NCBI GenBank assembly: GCA_963677485.1
Contig: OY781964.1
Location: 3,456,001 to 3,520,000, forward strand
DNA: 64,000 bases
Source of the DNA: Armatimonadota bacterium
Lineage (GTDB): Bacteria > Armatimonadota > HRBIN16
Direction: 5' to 3'
Shown here in pieces: positions 21,403 to 31,119 of this stretch. The notes below the pieces were generated by a model that was not told the origin of the DNA, did not search any database, and saw only the letters and a program-made list of their open reading frames with translations. Every line of letters starts with the position of its first letter. Position 1 is the first letter of the stretch. The position numbers and the translations under genes were made by a program.

Positions 21403-24237
21403 GTGTCTATTGACCGACGGAAGTTCTTAAAATCGCTGGGCATACTTGCCGGGGGAGCCGTTGTGAGCCTGAGAGCTGAACCCAGCAGTAGTCATCCGCC
21501 TTTACCGCTTCAGCCATTCACCGTGGAAATGCTGGACATCAACCGCGGCAGTTGGAAGTTTGTGGAGTGGCATGGTCAGCACCTGAAGCTTCCTCATGCG
21601 ATGACCGCTTACGCTTACCCTCCGCGCGACGCGAAGTCTGTGAAGATCAGTTATCTCTGCTGCGACCCGGAGTTTCCGCGTGAGTTCTCGCACGGAGAGA
21701 TGCGCGATGCGGTTTCGGCTGTGGGCAAACTGGGAACAAATCTGCACCACATCAATGAGCCTTACTTTTCGTGCAGCATATCGACCAGCCGAAGCGCGGC
21801 AGGTGTGCTGGAGTGTCAGTTCAATGACATCATGCTGGGGCCAGCGACCACCGGTGACCGCTATGTGGAAGCGCTCTATGTGCTAGCCGACGGGCAGTAC
21901 TATCCCGTATGGCTGGCTCCTGTTGGCGGCGAATCTGTGCCGCCGGTGCGCTTGCTGACTAACCGTGTGGGACACATTTTTACCGGTAAAGAAGATGTGC
22001 GGGTCACATTGGCTGGGCTGGGGAACGACGTTGGACGCGAATTGGCGCTGTCACTGGAGCTCACTGACTACACCACCAAAAAGAACGTCTGGAGTAAAAC
22101 GCTTAGTTTCCGGGTGAAGGCTGGTCAAGTCTCCTTACAGGGGCTTTCCATTCCGATGAAGCAAATGGGCATCTTTGAGCTGAAGGCGGTCTGTGAGGCC
22201 AAAACCATCGGCACACTGCGAATCTGCCGCATTCCCACGGCTCGCAAGATCAGTCCAGATGCGTCGAGTATTGGTATCAACCTGTTCCAGCAGCAGATTT
22301 GGTGGTATGCCTTTCAGGCTCCAATGATGGCGGCGGCGGGTGTGCGTTGGATACGGCCATGGCTGGCGTGGGAGAACACCTGGAATACCCAGCAACCCCA
22401 ACCTGATCAGTGGGATCCGCGTGCTCTGGATGCATCCGTGCGTCGGATGGAGCGGTTTGGGATGAGATACCAGGATATTCTCTATCAAGCCCCGAAGTGG
22501 GTGGCGGGTGATGATTCCTGGGGAGTTCCTCCCTCTGACCGCATGAAGGAGTGGGGTGAGTATGTGTACCGGCTTGTGAGCCGGTACAAAGGGAAAATCA
22601 GGGATTATGAGGTCTGGAATGAGCCAGACGGCATGTGGACATCCGAACCAAACTCAGCCGAACACTACATGGAGCTGCTGAAAACCACCTGGGCAGCCGC
22701 TAAGAAGGCGGATCCTAAGTGCACCATATACGGGTTTTCGCTGGCAGCCAATATCGACTGGCTCAAAAAGGTGTGTGATCTTGGGGCGGCGGAGTATATG
22801 GACGTCGCCACATTCCATACCTATGCCTCGCCTCAAGAGATGCCCGCAGATGCCCTCAAACGCGTCAATGTGCTGAAGAAATACGGGATCAATCGCTATT
22901 GGATCAACGAACTAGGGGCGCCTGCATATGACTTTGATGCCAGGTATACGGCGCAGTTTGACTGCTCTGAGCTGAAGCAGGCGACCACGATTGTGAAGAA
23001 CTATGCTCAGGCCATGGCTTTAAACCCCGATATGAAGGTCTTTTGTTTTTGCACATATGACCCGCGTAACCCGACCTACGAACCGGAATGGACCGGCGAC
23101 GCCGGGATCGGGATTGTCTACCTTGGGTTCCTGCCCAAACTGGCCTATGCGGCCCTGGCTGCTTATGCCAGGATGACAGATGGCAAGCGCTGTCAGGGAA
23201 GGGTGGCGTATCCAAATACCGGTTTGTATCAAGTCTTATTTGATGCTCCGGTGGCTTTTGTCTGGCGTGAGGGCGGGCAATCAACTGATCTAGTGCCTAC
23301 CGGGCAACTGGGTTGCCAAGCCGAGGAACAAATCACCGTTCGAGATATGTATACCAACATCATCAGCACTGGCAAGGCCGGTCAGATCATGCTTGATTTT
23401 GCACATGGGCCCCTGTATATCGAGGGGAGCCATCAGATGGCAGGGCTTGCGGCTGCGAATAACGCCTTCCATGTACAGCCAGATGAGTTGTCTATGGACA
23501 TATCTCGCACGGTAGAGCTGGAGGTCAACCTGCCTTCCAAGTATCCGTTGAATATTGTTTCTCATCCCTACGGGGCTTTCACTCTGCGCGAACTCTCGAA
23601 ATCCGCCCAGAGCCGCAGCTATGCGGTGGAAGCGAAAGCGGCCACTGACCGAGTGAATGGCGTGATCGAGATATCCACTGAGATTCCTGTGGCGGAATAC
23701 GGATTGTCCCAGGCGATCACGATGACGCGGCGAGTGCCTGTCACCGCCAATGGAAGCCCGAACCTGATTTGCGACGGTAGTTTTGGTCGCAGCGATCTGT
23801 CCGCATGGTCGATGGACGGCAAGTCGGACTATCATTTGGACACATCTCAGTATCATTTATTGCCCGGAAGCCTGAAACTGACAGGTCCATTCCTGCAAAG
23901 GCTGGTTCAATGGGATATCATACCGGATCGAAACAGACCGCTGCATCTGAAGTTCTGGGTCAAGTCGCAGAAGCTGGCGGAGTGCAACGTCAACCTCAGC
24001 ATGGCCTGGTTTGGACCTAAAGACTGGATACGGACGACTTGTCTGGCTCAGAACGGTGATATTCAGACTGAAGGGGTCAGCCGGATTCCGCAGAATACCG
24101 AGGGTTGGGAGGCTGTTGAGGCTGTTCTAAAGCCGCCATACATGCCGGAAGAGGCGACTCGCGCAGCCTTTTTGATCGACACTGCCGGCGGTGGTTCTGG
24201 TGCGATCTGGATTGATGACGTCGATATGTGGCAGTGA
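21403..24237 (+). CDS. Tat-exported clan GH-A glycoside hydrolase (GH39/GH5-like) with C-terminal CBM4/9-like domain
   Basis: Twin-arginine signal DRRKFL; YEVWNEPD (acid/base) and WINELG (nucleophile); NLICDGSF...WIDDV. Confidence 0.75.
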   Translation: MSIDRRKFLKSLGILAGGAVVSLRAEPSSSHPPLPLQPFTVEMLDINRGSWKFVEWHGQHLKLPHAMTAYAYPPRDAKSVKISYLCCDPEFPREFSHGEMRDAVSAVGKLGTNLHHINEPYFSCSISTSRSAAGVLECQFNDIMLGPATTGDRYVEALYVLADGQYYPVWLAPVGGESVPPVRLLTNRVGHIFTGKEDVRVTLAGLGNDVGRELALSLELTDYTTKKNVWSKTLSFRVKAGQVSLQGLSIPMKQMGIFELKAVCEAKTIGTLRICRIPTARKISPDASSIGINLFQQQIWWYAFQAPMMAAAGVRWIRPWLAWENTWNTQQPQPDQWDPRALDASVRRMERFGMRYQDILYQAPKWVAGDDSWGVPPSDRMKEWGEYVYRLVSRYKGKIRDYEVWNEPDGMWTSEPNSAEHYMELLKTTWAAAKKADPKCTIYGFSLAANIDWLKKVCDLGAAEYMDVATFHTYASPQEMPADALKRVNVLKKYGINRYWINELGAPAYDFDARYTAQFDCSELKQATTIVKNYAQAMALNPDMKVFCFCTYDPRNPTYEPEWTGDAGIGIVYLGFLPKLAYAALAAYARMTDGKRCQGRVAYPNTGLYQVLFDAPVAFVWREGGQSTDLVPTGQLGCQAEEQITVRDMYTNIISTGKAGQIMLDFAHGPLYIEGSHQMAGLAAANNAFHVQPDELSMDISRTVELEVNLPSKYPLNIVSHPYGAFTLRELSKSAQSRSYAVEAKAATDRVNGVIEISTEIPVAEYGLSQAITMTRRVPVTANGSPNLICDGSFGRSDLSAWSMDGKSDYHLDTSQYHLLPGSLKLTGPFLQRLVQWDIIPDRNRPLHLKFWVKSQKLAECNVNLSMAWFGPKDWIRTTCLAQNGDIQTEGVSRIPQNTEGWEAVEAVLKPPYMPEEATRAAFLIDTAGGGSGAIWIDDVDMWQ

Positions 24238-24353
24238 CGAGGAGATGGGTGTTTTTTCCTGCAGCATGTAAGAGTGGAGGCACAACCTAAACTTCCGTCG
24301 CCTTCTGGTACAATGCGATAAGTGAGCATATACGACCGATTGGAGAAATTGCC

Positions 24354-24686
24354 ATGAACTTGACCGTAACAATGATCGGGGACATCACAGTAGTTGCGAT
24401 CCCGGTGGACCACCTCGATGCTCGCAACGTGAAGGATTTTAAGGTGGCTATCGCCAAGCTGCTCAATGATCACAAGAAGCTGATTATAGATTGTGGCCAT
24501 CTACGTTTCGTAGATAGTTCCGGACTTGGGGGCATCATGTATTGCATGCAAACCCAAACCGCATCAGGGTGCGACCTGAAGTTAGCATCGTTGAACAAAG
24601 GCGTCAGGGCCTTATTTGAGCTGGTGCGGATGCATAAAATGATTGGGATATACAACACAGTTGACGAAGCTGCCAAGGCTTACTAA
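24354..24686 (+). CDS. STAS-domain anti-sigma factor antagonist
   Basis: 110 aa; HLDA, FVDSSGLG phosphoacceptor motif, LFELVRM. Confidence 0.9.
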   Translation: MNLTVTMIGDITVVAIPVDHLDARNVKDFKVAIAKLLNDHKKLIIDCGHLRFVDSSGLGGIMYCMQTQTASGCDLKLASLNKGVRALFELVRMHKMIGIYNTVDEAAKAY

Positions 24687-24698
24687 AGTGATCATGTG

Positions 24699-24740
24699 AA
24701 ACCTGTCATCACTATGGTAGTGATTAAGGTTTATTTTCTT
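24699..24740 (+). terminator. probable intrinsic terminator
   Basis: AAACCT..ATCACTA-TGG-TAGTGAT..AGGTTT imperfect stem followed by ATTTTCTT. Confidence 0.5.
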
Positions 24741-24989
24741 CAGGCACGCAACGGTATATCTGAGCATCAAACAGCACCCTTTACTTCATACCGCATTTTC
24801 GCACTCAAAACCGCCTCTGTATATCCGCCAGTTTGAATCTCAATGATCTTCATAGTAGTAATCAACCAGTTTCCCTTGGTTAAAGTCTGCTGTCATGGCG
24901 GCAGGATGCTGCGCGGGCGTGATCTTGCTGGATGACGCGAATATGAGGCAATGAGCGAAGGGCGGCCGGATGGCCGCCCTGAATGGTGG

Positions 24990-26417
24990 CTACTTTGAGT
25001 TCGCGGCGGTGACGAGGGTCCAGTCGTCGGTACGGAACGGGGAGGCTGGAAGGCCATCAGCATTCCACAGGTTGACAATTGGGCAGTAGGCCCAGCCGTA
25101 GCGCACCGCTACGGGAGCGGGTACATCAGCACTGCTGACCTTTACCGACTTACCCACGATGACGGCTTCTGCGTTGTGCCACTTCTTGTCAGCACCGGCG
25201 ATGGTCCAGCCCGTGAGCGGACCGCCCTTGGCGACCAGCCCCTTGCCTGCGAAGTTGAAGCTGACGATCGCCGCTCCGTCTTTGATCTTGATCTCCTTAT
25301 ATTCAGGACCGCGATAAGCCACCTTGCGCTTGTAGGCGATGGCTCGGGCGGCCAATGCCAGGCGTTCACCTACGGGTTGTTTCCATACAGGGTGGATGTT
25401 ATCGGGATCACCGATGTCGGTGATGACCGCCATGGCCGTTTTGGGGCAGTGGAGAGCGGTGAGACGCTGAGCTTCGCGGAGCTCCGCCCATTCGCTTTCC
25501 TGAGGCTGCTTCACAATGGTGCTGAACGGCGCGATCTGAACGAACAGGAAGGGGAAGTCGCCTTGAGCCCAGTCTTTACGCCAGTTATTGATCATTGTGA
25601 TGAAGCGCTGCTCGTAGATGGCTGCGTATCCGGCGTTGGATTCCCCTTGATACCAGATGGCGCCCTTGATGCCGTAGGGGATAAGCGGGGTTATCATGCC
25701 GTTGTAGAGAACAGAAGGGTCATTGGGCTTTTGCGCCCACTCAGGCCAGATCGGTCGATCCTTGGTCCACTGTGCTTTATCTTTAGGATCAAGCACCAAG
25801 GGGCTGGTCCAGGCCTCCACACGGGTACCGCCCAAGCTTGAGTGAATCAGGCCAATAGGCACCTTCTCGTCCCGCTGCATGGCTCGACCAAAGAAATAGC
25901 CTACTCCAGTGAAGTATTGCACTGTATCCGGGTTGCACAGCTGCCAGCTCTGTTTGACGTCGTCTATTGGGGTAGCTGAGATGGTGGATGGCACCGTATA
26001 CAGCCGGATCATGGGGTTCGTGGAAGTCGCGATGGCCTCTTTACCACCATCTGACTGTGATAGCCATAACTGCATGTTGCTTTGGCCGCTGCAGACCCAC
26101 ACATCACCCACCAGAAGGTTCTTGATGGTGATCTTGTTGTTACCTGTGACCACCATGTCGAAAGGTCCGCCCGCTTTCACGGATTTCAGACGCACCATCC
26201 ACTTGCCCTGAGCGGCCACGGTGCTGGCGGTTTGCCCACAGAACTGCACGGTGACCTTCTCACCCTCAGCGGCGGTGCCATACACGGGCAGGCTGATGCC
26301 GCGCTGCAGCACCGCGTTCTCAGTGAAGAGGGAGTGCATGGCTACATCGGCCCAGAGGGGCGTGGAGGCCACACAGACGGCTGCCGCCAGAGCGACGGCG
26401 AAACCAGATGACTTCAT
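24990..26417 (-). CDS. secreted sialate O-acetylesterase (SASA/DUF303) family
   Basis: Signal peptide; GDVWVCSGQSNM, WYQGESN, NIHP, PVAVRYGW, LPASPFRTD. Confidence 0.92.
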   Translation of the reverse strand: MKSSGFAVALAAAVCVASTPLWADVAMHSLFTENAVLQRGISLPVYGTAAEGEKVTVQFCGQTASTVAAQGKWMVRLKSVKAGGPFDMVVTGNNKITIKNLLVGDVWVCSGQSNMQLWLSQSDGGKEAIATSTNPMIRLYTVPSTISATPIDDVKQSWQLCNPDTVQYFTGVGYFFGRAMQRDEKVPIGLIHSSLGGTRVEAWTSPLVLDPKDKAQWTKDRPIWPEWAQKPNDPSVLYNGMITPLIPYGIKGAIWYQGESNAGYAAIYEQRFITMINNWRKDWAQGDFPFLFVQIAPFSTIVKQPQESEWAELREAQRLTALHCPKTAMAVITDIGDPDNIHPVWKQPVGERLALAARAIAYKRKVAYRGPEYKEIKIKDGAAIVSFNFAGKGLVAKGGPLTGWTIAGADKKWHNAEAVIVGKSVKVSSADVPAPVAVRYGWAYCPIVNLWNADGLPASPFRTDDWTLVTAANSK

Positions 26418-26453
26418 GTTATTTGATACCTCAATGAATTTGATGAGTGATGC

Positions 26454-27083
26454 TTAAGCTAAGCCAGTGGCCTTGAGCCATGACTGTGCGATCAAACTGT
26501 GGCCTGCACTGGTGGGGTGTACCCCGTCGGATGCCCAGTAGGACAAACCGGTGTGGCAGGCTGCCGCTGCGAAAATGCCATCCATGGGGATGTAGATGGC
26601 GTCATACTTCTGTGCCAGGGCCCGCGCGACGTGGATTTTGGGGTCGAGGTCTTCACGCCAGTCATTTTGAGCAGGGGACACCGGCATTAGAAATGGCTCG
26701 ATGATGACTATCTTGGCGTCAAGCTCTGTTTTGACACGCTCCAGGATGGTGCCGAAGTTCTGGGCATACTCTTCGGTGGATGTGGGGACGTTGCTGTCAT
26801 ACCGACGCCAGGTGTCGTTGACGCCGATGAGGATGGAGACGACATCGGGTTTTAGGTCGATGCAGTCCTCCGTCCACCTGTTGACCAGGTCGATGCTCCT
26901 GTCACCGCTGATACCACGGTTCAGGATGGTGATGTTGTGGGCAGGGTGTGCGGCGGAGAGCTGGCCCTGGATAAACATCGGGTATCCGCCGCCCAGCTCC
27001 GCATCGTTGGTGCGGCTGCGACCGGCGTCGGTGACGCTGTCACCCTGGAACAGTATGGTTAGGTTGGTATATGGATCTATCAT
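26454..27083 (-). CDS. SGNH/GDSL hydrolase family esterase
   Basis: FQGDSVTD, NRGISG, LIGVND, DGVHP. Start moved to MIDP (27083), which has a GGAGG RBS; the longer ORF runs through the tRNA. Confidence 0.92.
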   Translation of the reverse strand: MIDPYTNLTILFQGDSVTDAGRSRTNDAELGGGYPMFIQGQLSAAHPAHNITILNRGISGDRSIDLVNRWTEDCIDLKPDVVSILIGVNDTWRRYDSNVPTSTEEYAQNFGTILERVKTELDAKIVIIEPFLMPVSPAQNDWREDLDPKIHVARALAQKYDAIYIPMDGIFAAAACHTGLSYWASDGVHPTSAGHSLIAQSWLKATGLA

Positions 27084-27219
27084 GTGTGGATGAACCTCCG
27101 TAAAGTTGGCAATCGAGGATATTATAACGCTAATGGGAGGCAGGAGACAGGAGAAGAGGAGGGGAATTGGTTCACGCGAAGGCGCGAAGACGCGAAACGA
27201 AGGGGGAGAAAACGAAAAA

Positions 27220-27296
27220 TGGTCGGGGTGGCGGGACTTGAACCCACGACCTCTTGACCCCCAGTCAAGCGCGCTACCAAACTGCGCCACACCCCG
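27220..27296 (-). tRNA. tRNA-Pro(GGG)
   Basis: Minus strand reads CGGGGTGTGGCGCAGTTTGGTAGCGCG-CTTGA CT GGG GG TCAAG-..GGTTCAAGTCC..CACCCCGACCA. Confidence 0.97.
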
Positions 27297-27336
27297 TAAC
27301 CAACAGAATTATAACAGTTAGGCGCCCATCAGTCAA

Positions 27337-27364
27337 GTAGGGGCAGGCCCACTGTGCCTGCCCT
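27337..27364 (+). repeat. GTAG-type REP hairpin
   Basis: GTAG-GGGCAGGC-CCACTGT-GCCTGCCC directly after the last array gene. Similar GTAG REPs occur near 38808, 38850, 43235 and 43403. Confidence 0.6.
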
Positions 27365-27374
27365 CATTCGGTTC

Positions 27375-28616
27375 CTACGGGCCCGGCAGCGGCAGGATGC
27401 GGCGCTTGCCCGCGGCGTCGATGGTGCCCACGCTCGTCTCTGTCTGCCACCAGCAGTTGCGCACCTTGATCGGCTCCGTCAGCCATTTCGCGTGGCGGAC
27501 GTCCAGGATGCGGATGGGGTGGACATCCCTGTAAAGACCTGAGCTATATATGGCATAGTCTTTCGACCTTGAAATCATATAGATATCTTTGATTTTGCTA
27601 TCGGGAACAAGCTGAGACACAGGTTGGTGCTTTTCCGAGAGTGTGATGATTTCGATCACATCCTTGCCGTTTATCTTCTTGTCGCCGATCAAGGTGTTTT
27701 CATCAAACCACGACACTGGGTATTGAAACCCATGTTTCGCATGGATCTCTTGATCTAGCGAAGGGTGCCTGTTAGGGTTGGATCTCACCAGATGCCAACT
27801 GTATTCCGGAGCTGTTTGTCCCGGACGGCAATTATTTACCATGTAGATAACCTTTGCGCCATCAGGGCTAATGTCCGCTATCTCTGCACGGTCAAGCATG
27901 TCATCACGCCTGAAGTTTGGTAAATGACCTATTGAAAAAATGAAAACTACCCAGATTACGGATATTAGGGCAAAACCTGTTATCAACAGCCTGCTTCTGG
28001 AGTCCCACCGGCAGTACCTATGTAACAACAGCATCAGTATGGGTGTTGCCAACAAGGCTCCCCATATTGGATAGAAAGTTATTGGAGTTTTGCCAGCCGA
28101 GTTTGGTAATAGCACAACCAGCAAGGCGGTAGGAAAGGCCCAGAGCAGCATGTGAAGATTCGTCTCGAAACGGCCAAACACAGAAAGCCCAAACCCAAAA
28201 CACCATGCAAGAAATGTGAGCCCCACCGCTTTGATCAACCCATATTCCATTCCGTGAAGACTGAGGAACGGCCGGTATTCCGGCTGACATGCGATTAGGA
28301 ACACGACCAGGCCTAACAGTGCGGCCGCTATACTATAGACCAGTGCAAGCAATGCCTTTACATACATTAGCTTATCCAGGTTGACAGCCATCGACGCTCC
28401 ATATTCAAACGCCCTGGTCTCTTTTTCTCGGGAGATGGAATAGGCTCCAAACACCATGGAGATTATCGCTGGCAGAAATGCCCAACCTGTCGTACAGTCT
28501 ATGCTTCCTTGAAATGTGTAGGAAGTGCCGATTGCGACAATCAACATGGAGCTTAAACATAATACGAGCCCGTATATCCAGCATTCGCGGTGCTCTTTCC
28601 ACAGCAACCGTTTCAT
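27375..28616 (-). CDS. ABC-2-like permease type A, cassette 4 (A4), with variable C-terminal soluble domain
   Basis: MKRLLWKE start, ISREKE loop, about 7 hydrophobic segments, ISPDG, conserved tail LDVRHAKW..VRNCWWQ..GKRRILPL. Confidence 0.75.
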   Translation of the reverse strand: MKRLLWKEHRECWIYGLVLCLSSMLIVAIGTSYTFQGSIDCTTGWAFLPAIISMVFGAYSISREKETRAFEYGASMAVNLDKLMYVKALLALVYSIAAALLGLVVFLIACQPEYRPFLSLHGMEYGLIKAVGLTFLAWCFGFGLSVFGRFETNLHMLLWAFPTALLVVLLPNSAGKTPITFYPIWGALLATPILMLLLHRYCRWDSRSRLLITGFALISVIWVVFIFSIGHLPNFRRDDMLDRAEIADISPDGAKVIYMVNNCRPGQTAPEYSWHLVRSNPNRHPSLDQEIHAKHGFQYPVSWFDENTLIGDKKINGKDVIEIITLSEKHQPVSQLVPDSKIKDIYMISRSKDYAIYSSGLYRDVHPIRILDVRHAKWLTEPIKVRNCWWQTETSVGTIDAAGKRRILPLPGP

Positions 28617-29869
28617 CTCTTTTCATCTCCTGTCCACTTTATGACTGGTCCCAGCGTCATGGTGTCTAGCTTTAGAATACGGGCTTCACCAGGTAGGTCA
28701 TCAACAAATGTCGCGATTTTTGGGCTACGGAACATCATTTCGTATATGTTACTGTCGTTGGCCATGATCAACTTCGTGGTGCGAGTAGGTATATCGATAA
28801 CCATGTAGTCATAACCTCGACCGAGTTTTGATTGGAGCCTGAGAAGAAGGTATCTGTTATCATCACTTGATATACTCAACACGTATGCGGAAGATTCTGG
28901 TTCATAGGTATATCGGTCGCGATTGATGGTGGTGATGATCGATATTTCGTTTGATTCATAGTTCCAGCGGATGATACTCGTGGCATCTTTCTTGCTATTT
29001 AATGCGATCGCTGATACAAACTGCCTGCCGTGAATACCTAACGGGACCACACGGTCCCAGTCTCCCCACCGTTTGATCTTTAACTGATAGGAACGCCCTG
29101 TCCTGTAGTCACTGAGTGTGGCGACCCCCTCAGGTTTCCGCGTCACTTCCAGCGATCGATCCGCCGTAATATGGTACCCATACTGACCCAAACGTTCACG
29201 GTCGTCACTGAGCATCTGCCGGATGCCAGCTATAAATACCCATACCAGGCAGATGGTCAGCACGAGTTGTAGAATGGTCGGTATGCGTTTGTGCAGGCGT
29301 GTCGAGAACACTAGAGATAAGGTTGCGATGATCACGCTCACGACTATGATGTTGGTAATCCCCAGCCCTAGGTTTGTCGGTTGATAGTGGAGACTGTTTC
29401 TATTGCCGGCATAATCAAGGAAGGCCGCTATGAATGGTATTGTCGTGAACATGGCTGGAAACCACGGATGCGACCATATACCCAAAGAGTAACCCAACAT
29501 ACCAGCACACACGAACCACGCCAACATGAAAGCTGTAGTGTATGAAAGAGAGCCTTTATGCAGCTCGGACACACAAGCGGTAAAGATAAGAGCACAACAA
29601 CATGCCCATATGGTGATGAGAATAATTGATGGGAGCTTGCTGTGTATCGTTGTGGTGTCGCCACTGGAATGATCTTTTTTACCTCGTGCGGCGGCTAAGG
29701 CCGTGATAATGTACACGATGGGTATGAGAATTAAAACGACAGCAGTATTTTTGTCTCTCCATTGAGCGATGCAAATCACCGCCACCCCCACCGCCAGCAC
29801 CGACGCCCAGCGCTTCCAGTCCTCGCGCCAGACCTTCCAAAACAGCCGCCCGAAAATACTCCAGCTCAT
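28613..29869 (-). CDS. ABC permease-like membrane protein type B, cassette 4 (B4)
   Basis: Invariant N-terminus MSWSIFGRLFWKVWREDWKRWASVLAVGV; about 7 TM plus a soluble C-terminal domain; ATGA overlaps on both sides. Confidence 0.72.
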   Translation of the reverse strand: MSWSIFGRLFWKVWREDWKRWASVLAVGVAVICIAQWRDKNTAVVLILIPIVYIITALAAARGKKDHSSGDTTTIHSKLPSIILITIWACCCALIFTACVSELHKGSLSYTTAFMLAWFVCAGMLGYSLGIWSHPWFPAMFTTIPFIAAFLDYAGNRNSLHYQPTNLGLGITNIIVVSVIIATLSLVFSTRLHKRIPTILQLVLTICLVWVFIAGIRQMLSDDRERLGQYGYHITADRSLEVTRKPEGVATLSDYRTGRSYQLKIKRWGDWDRVVPLGIHGRQFVSAIALNSKKDATSIIRWNYESNEISIITTINRDRYTYEPESSAYVLSISSDDNRYLLLRLQSKLGRGYDYMVIDIPTRTTKLIMANDSNIYEMMFRSPKIATFVDDLPGEARILKLDTMTLGPVIKWTGDEKR

Positions 29870-30009
29870 TGCCCGTTACCTCCCGGCAGCGGCAGGATGC
29901 GACGCTTGCCCGCGGCGTCGATGTAGCCCACGGAGCGGTCGCTCTGCCACCAGCAGTTGCGCACCTTGGTCGGCTCCGTCATCCACTTGGCGTGGCGGAC
30001 ATCGAGGAT
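29778..30009. repeat. ~230-bp GC-rich cassette anchor repeat (A3 tail plus B4 head)
   Basis: Near-identical to 32278-32516 and 34769-35006. Half copies lie at ~27383-27515 (A tail only) and 37311-37408 (B head only). Confidence 0.92.
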
Positions 30010-31119
30010 AAGCATATTGGCAGGACGGCTGTATTCAAAATCCGCATACATGACATAATCGCCGTTTGCCGATGGAGTAAACGCAAGTTGTTCACCGGAC
30101 TCCAGGGTGGGTACCTGAGGTATCGAATGTTGGTTATCTGCCAGGTTGACGACATTAGCATAGGGTTTGGAGTTCTTCTCTGAATAGACTATGGCGGTTT
30201 TGCTGTCTACCCACGCCTGTATACGCTTATAATAGGCTGCTCCCTTATAAACATCATCAATGCGATGAAGCAGTTTACCGTCACGGAGGTCGACGAACTG
30301 CCAGTGGTGTTTAATTTCTCGGCCGGGCTGTTCTGTCGACACGATGTACAGTGCTGTTGCGCCGTCTGGGCTGACTGTACGTAGCTGTCTGCTCATAGCC
30401 GGATATCGATAGGTGAAGGACTGATATTTACCGGCATACAGGGTGATGATTGCTGACAACACCATAATCGTGATGAATCCCGATTGCAATGGTGTCTTGT
30501 CCGAGTGCCAGCCACAGTGTCTATGCATAACTATCACAAGCAGCGGCGTGACCATCAACACCCAAGTTGACCATGATTCCCAGCGTGTGATTGGAGTGTT
30601 GTGGCTAGCGAATAGAGGAATCATCCAGGCCACCAATGATACCCACAATAGTATGTGCAGGTTGGTTTCAACGCGGGGATAGATGGACAAGCCGAAACCA
30701 TAGTACCAGCCCAGTGATGTCAACCCAACAGCAACTGCAACGCCACATCCCAGATCATGAAGGTTGATCAATTGCCTGTATTCTGGTCGGCACGCGAGGA
30801 GAAACACCACCATGCTGGCAATCGCTGCCACGATACTGTAGCTCAAAGCCATTAGCGCCTTAGCCAACACGAGTTTATCCAGGCTGATAGATCGTGAAAC
30901 CAAGCCTTCAAGACTGTGGTTCTCTTTTTCACGTGAGAGCGTTGATGCTCCCATGACCGCCGATATGATGACCGGTAGAACAGACCAGCCGGTGACCTCG
31001 TTGAGACGACCTTGAAATGTATACGAGGTTCCGATCGCTACAATCAGCATGGAGCTAATGACCAATGCGAGACCGTACAGCCAACACTCACGGTGCTCTT
31101 TCCAAAGTAGACGTCTCAT
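29866..31119 (-). CDS. ABC-2-like permease type A, cassette 3 (A3)
   Basis: MRRLLWKE, LSREKE, VSPDG, same conserved tail. Confidence 0.75.
   Translation of the reverse strand: MRRLLWKEHRECWLYGLALVISSMLIVAIGTSYTFQGRLNEVTGWSVLPVIISAVMGASTLSREKENHSLEGLVSRSISLDKLVLAKALMALSYSIVAAIASMVVFLLACRPEYRQLINLHDLGCGVAVAVGLTSLGWYYGFGLSIYPRVETNLHILLWVSLVAWMIPLFASHNTPITRWESWSTWVLMVTPLLVIVMHRHCGWHSDKTPLQSGFITIMVLSAIITLYAGKYQSFTYRYPAMSRQLRTVSPDGATALYIVSTEQPGREIKHHWQFVDLRDGKLLHRIDDVYKGAAYYKRIQAWVDSKTAIVYSEKNSKPYANVVNLADNQHSIPQVPTLESGEQLAFTPSANGDYVMYADFEYSRPANMLILDVRHAKWMTEPTKVRNCWWQSDRSVGYIDAAGKRRILPLPGGNGQ

Noticed and set aside
27084-27290. N-terminal extension of the GDSL ORF
   Set aside because: It is tRNA-Pro read as protein; an RBS supports the start at 27083.
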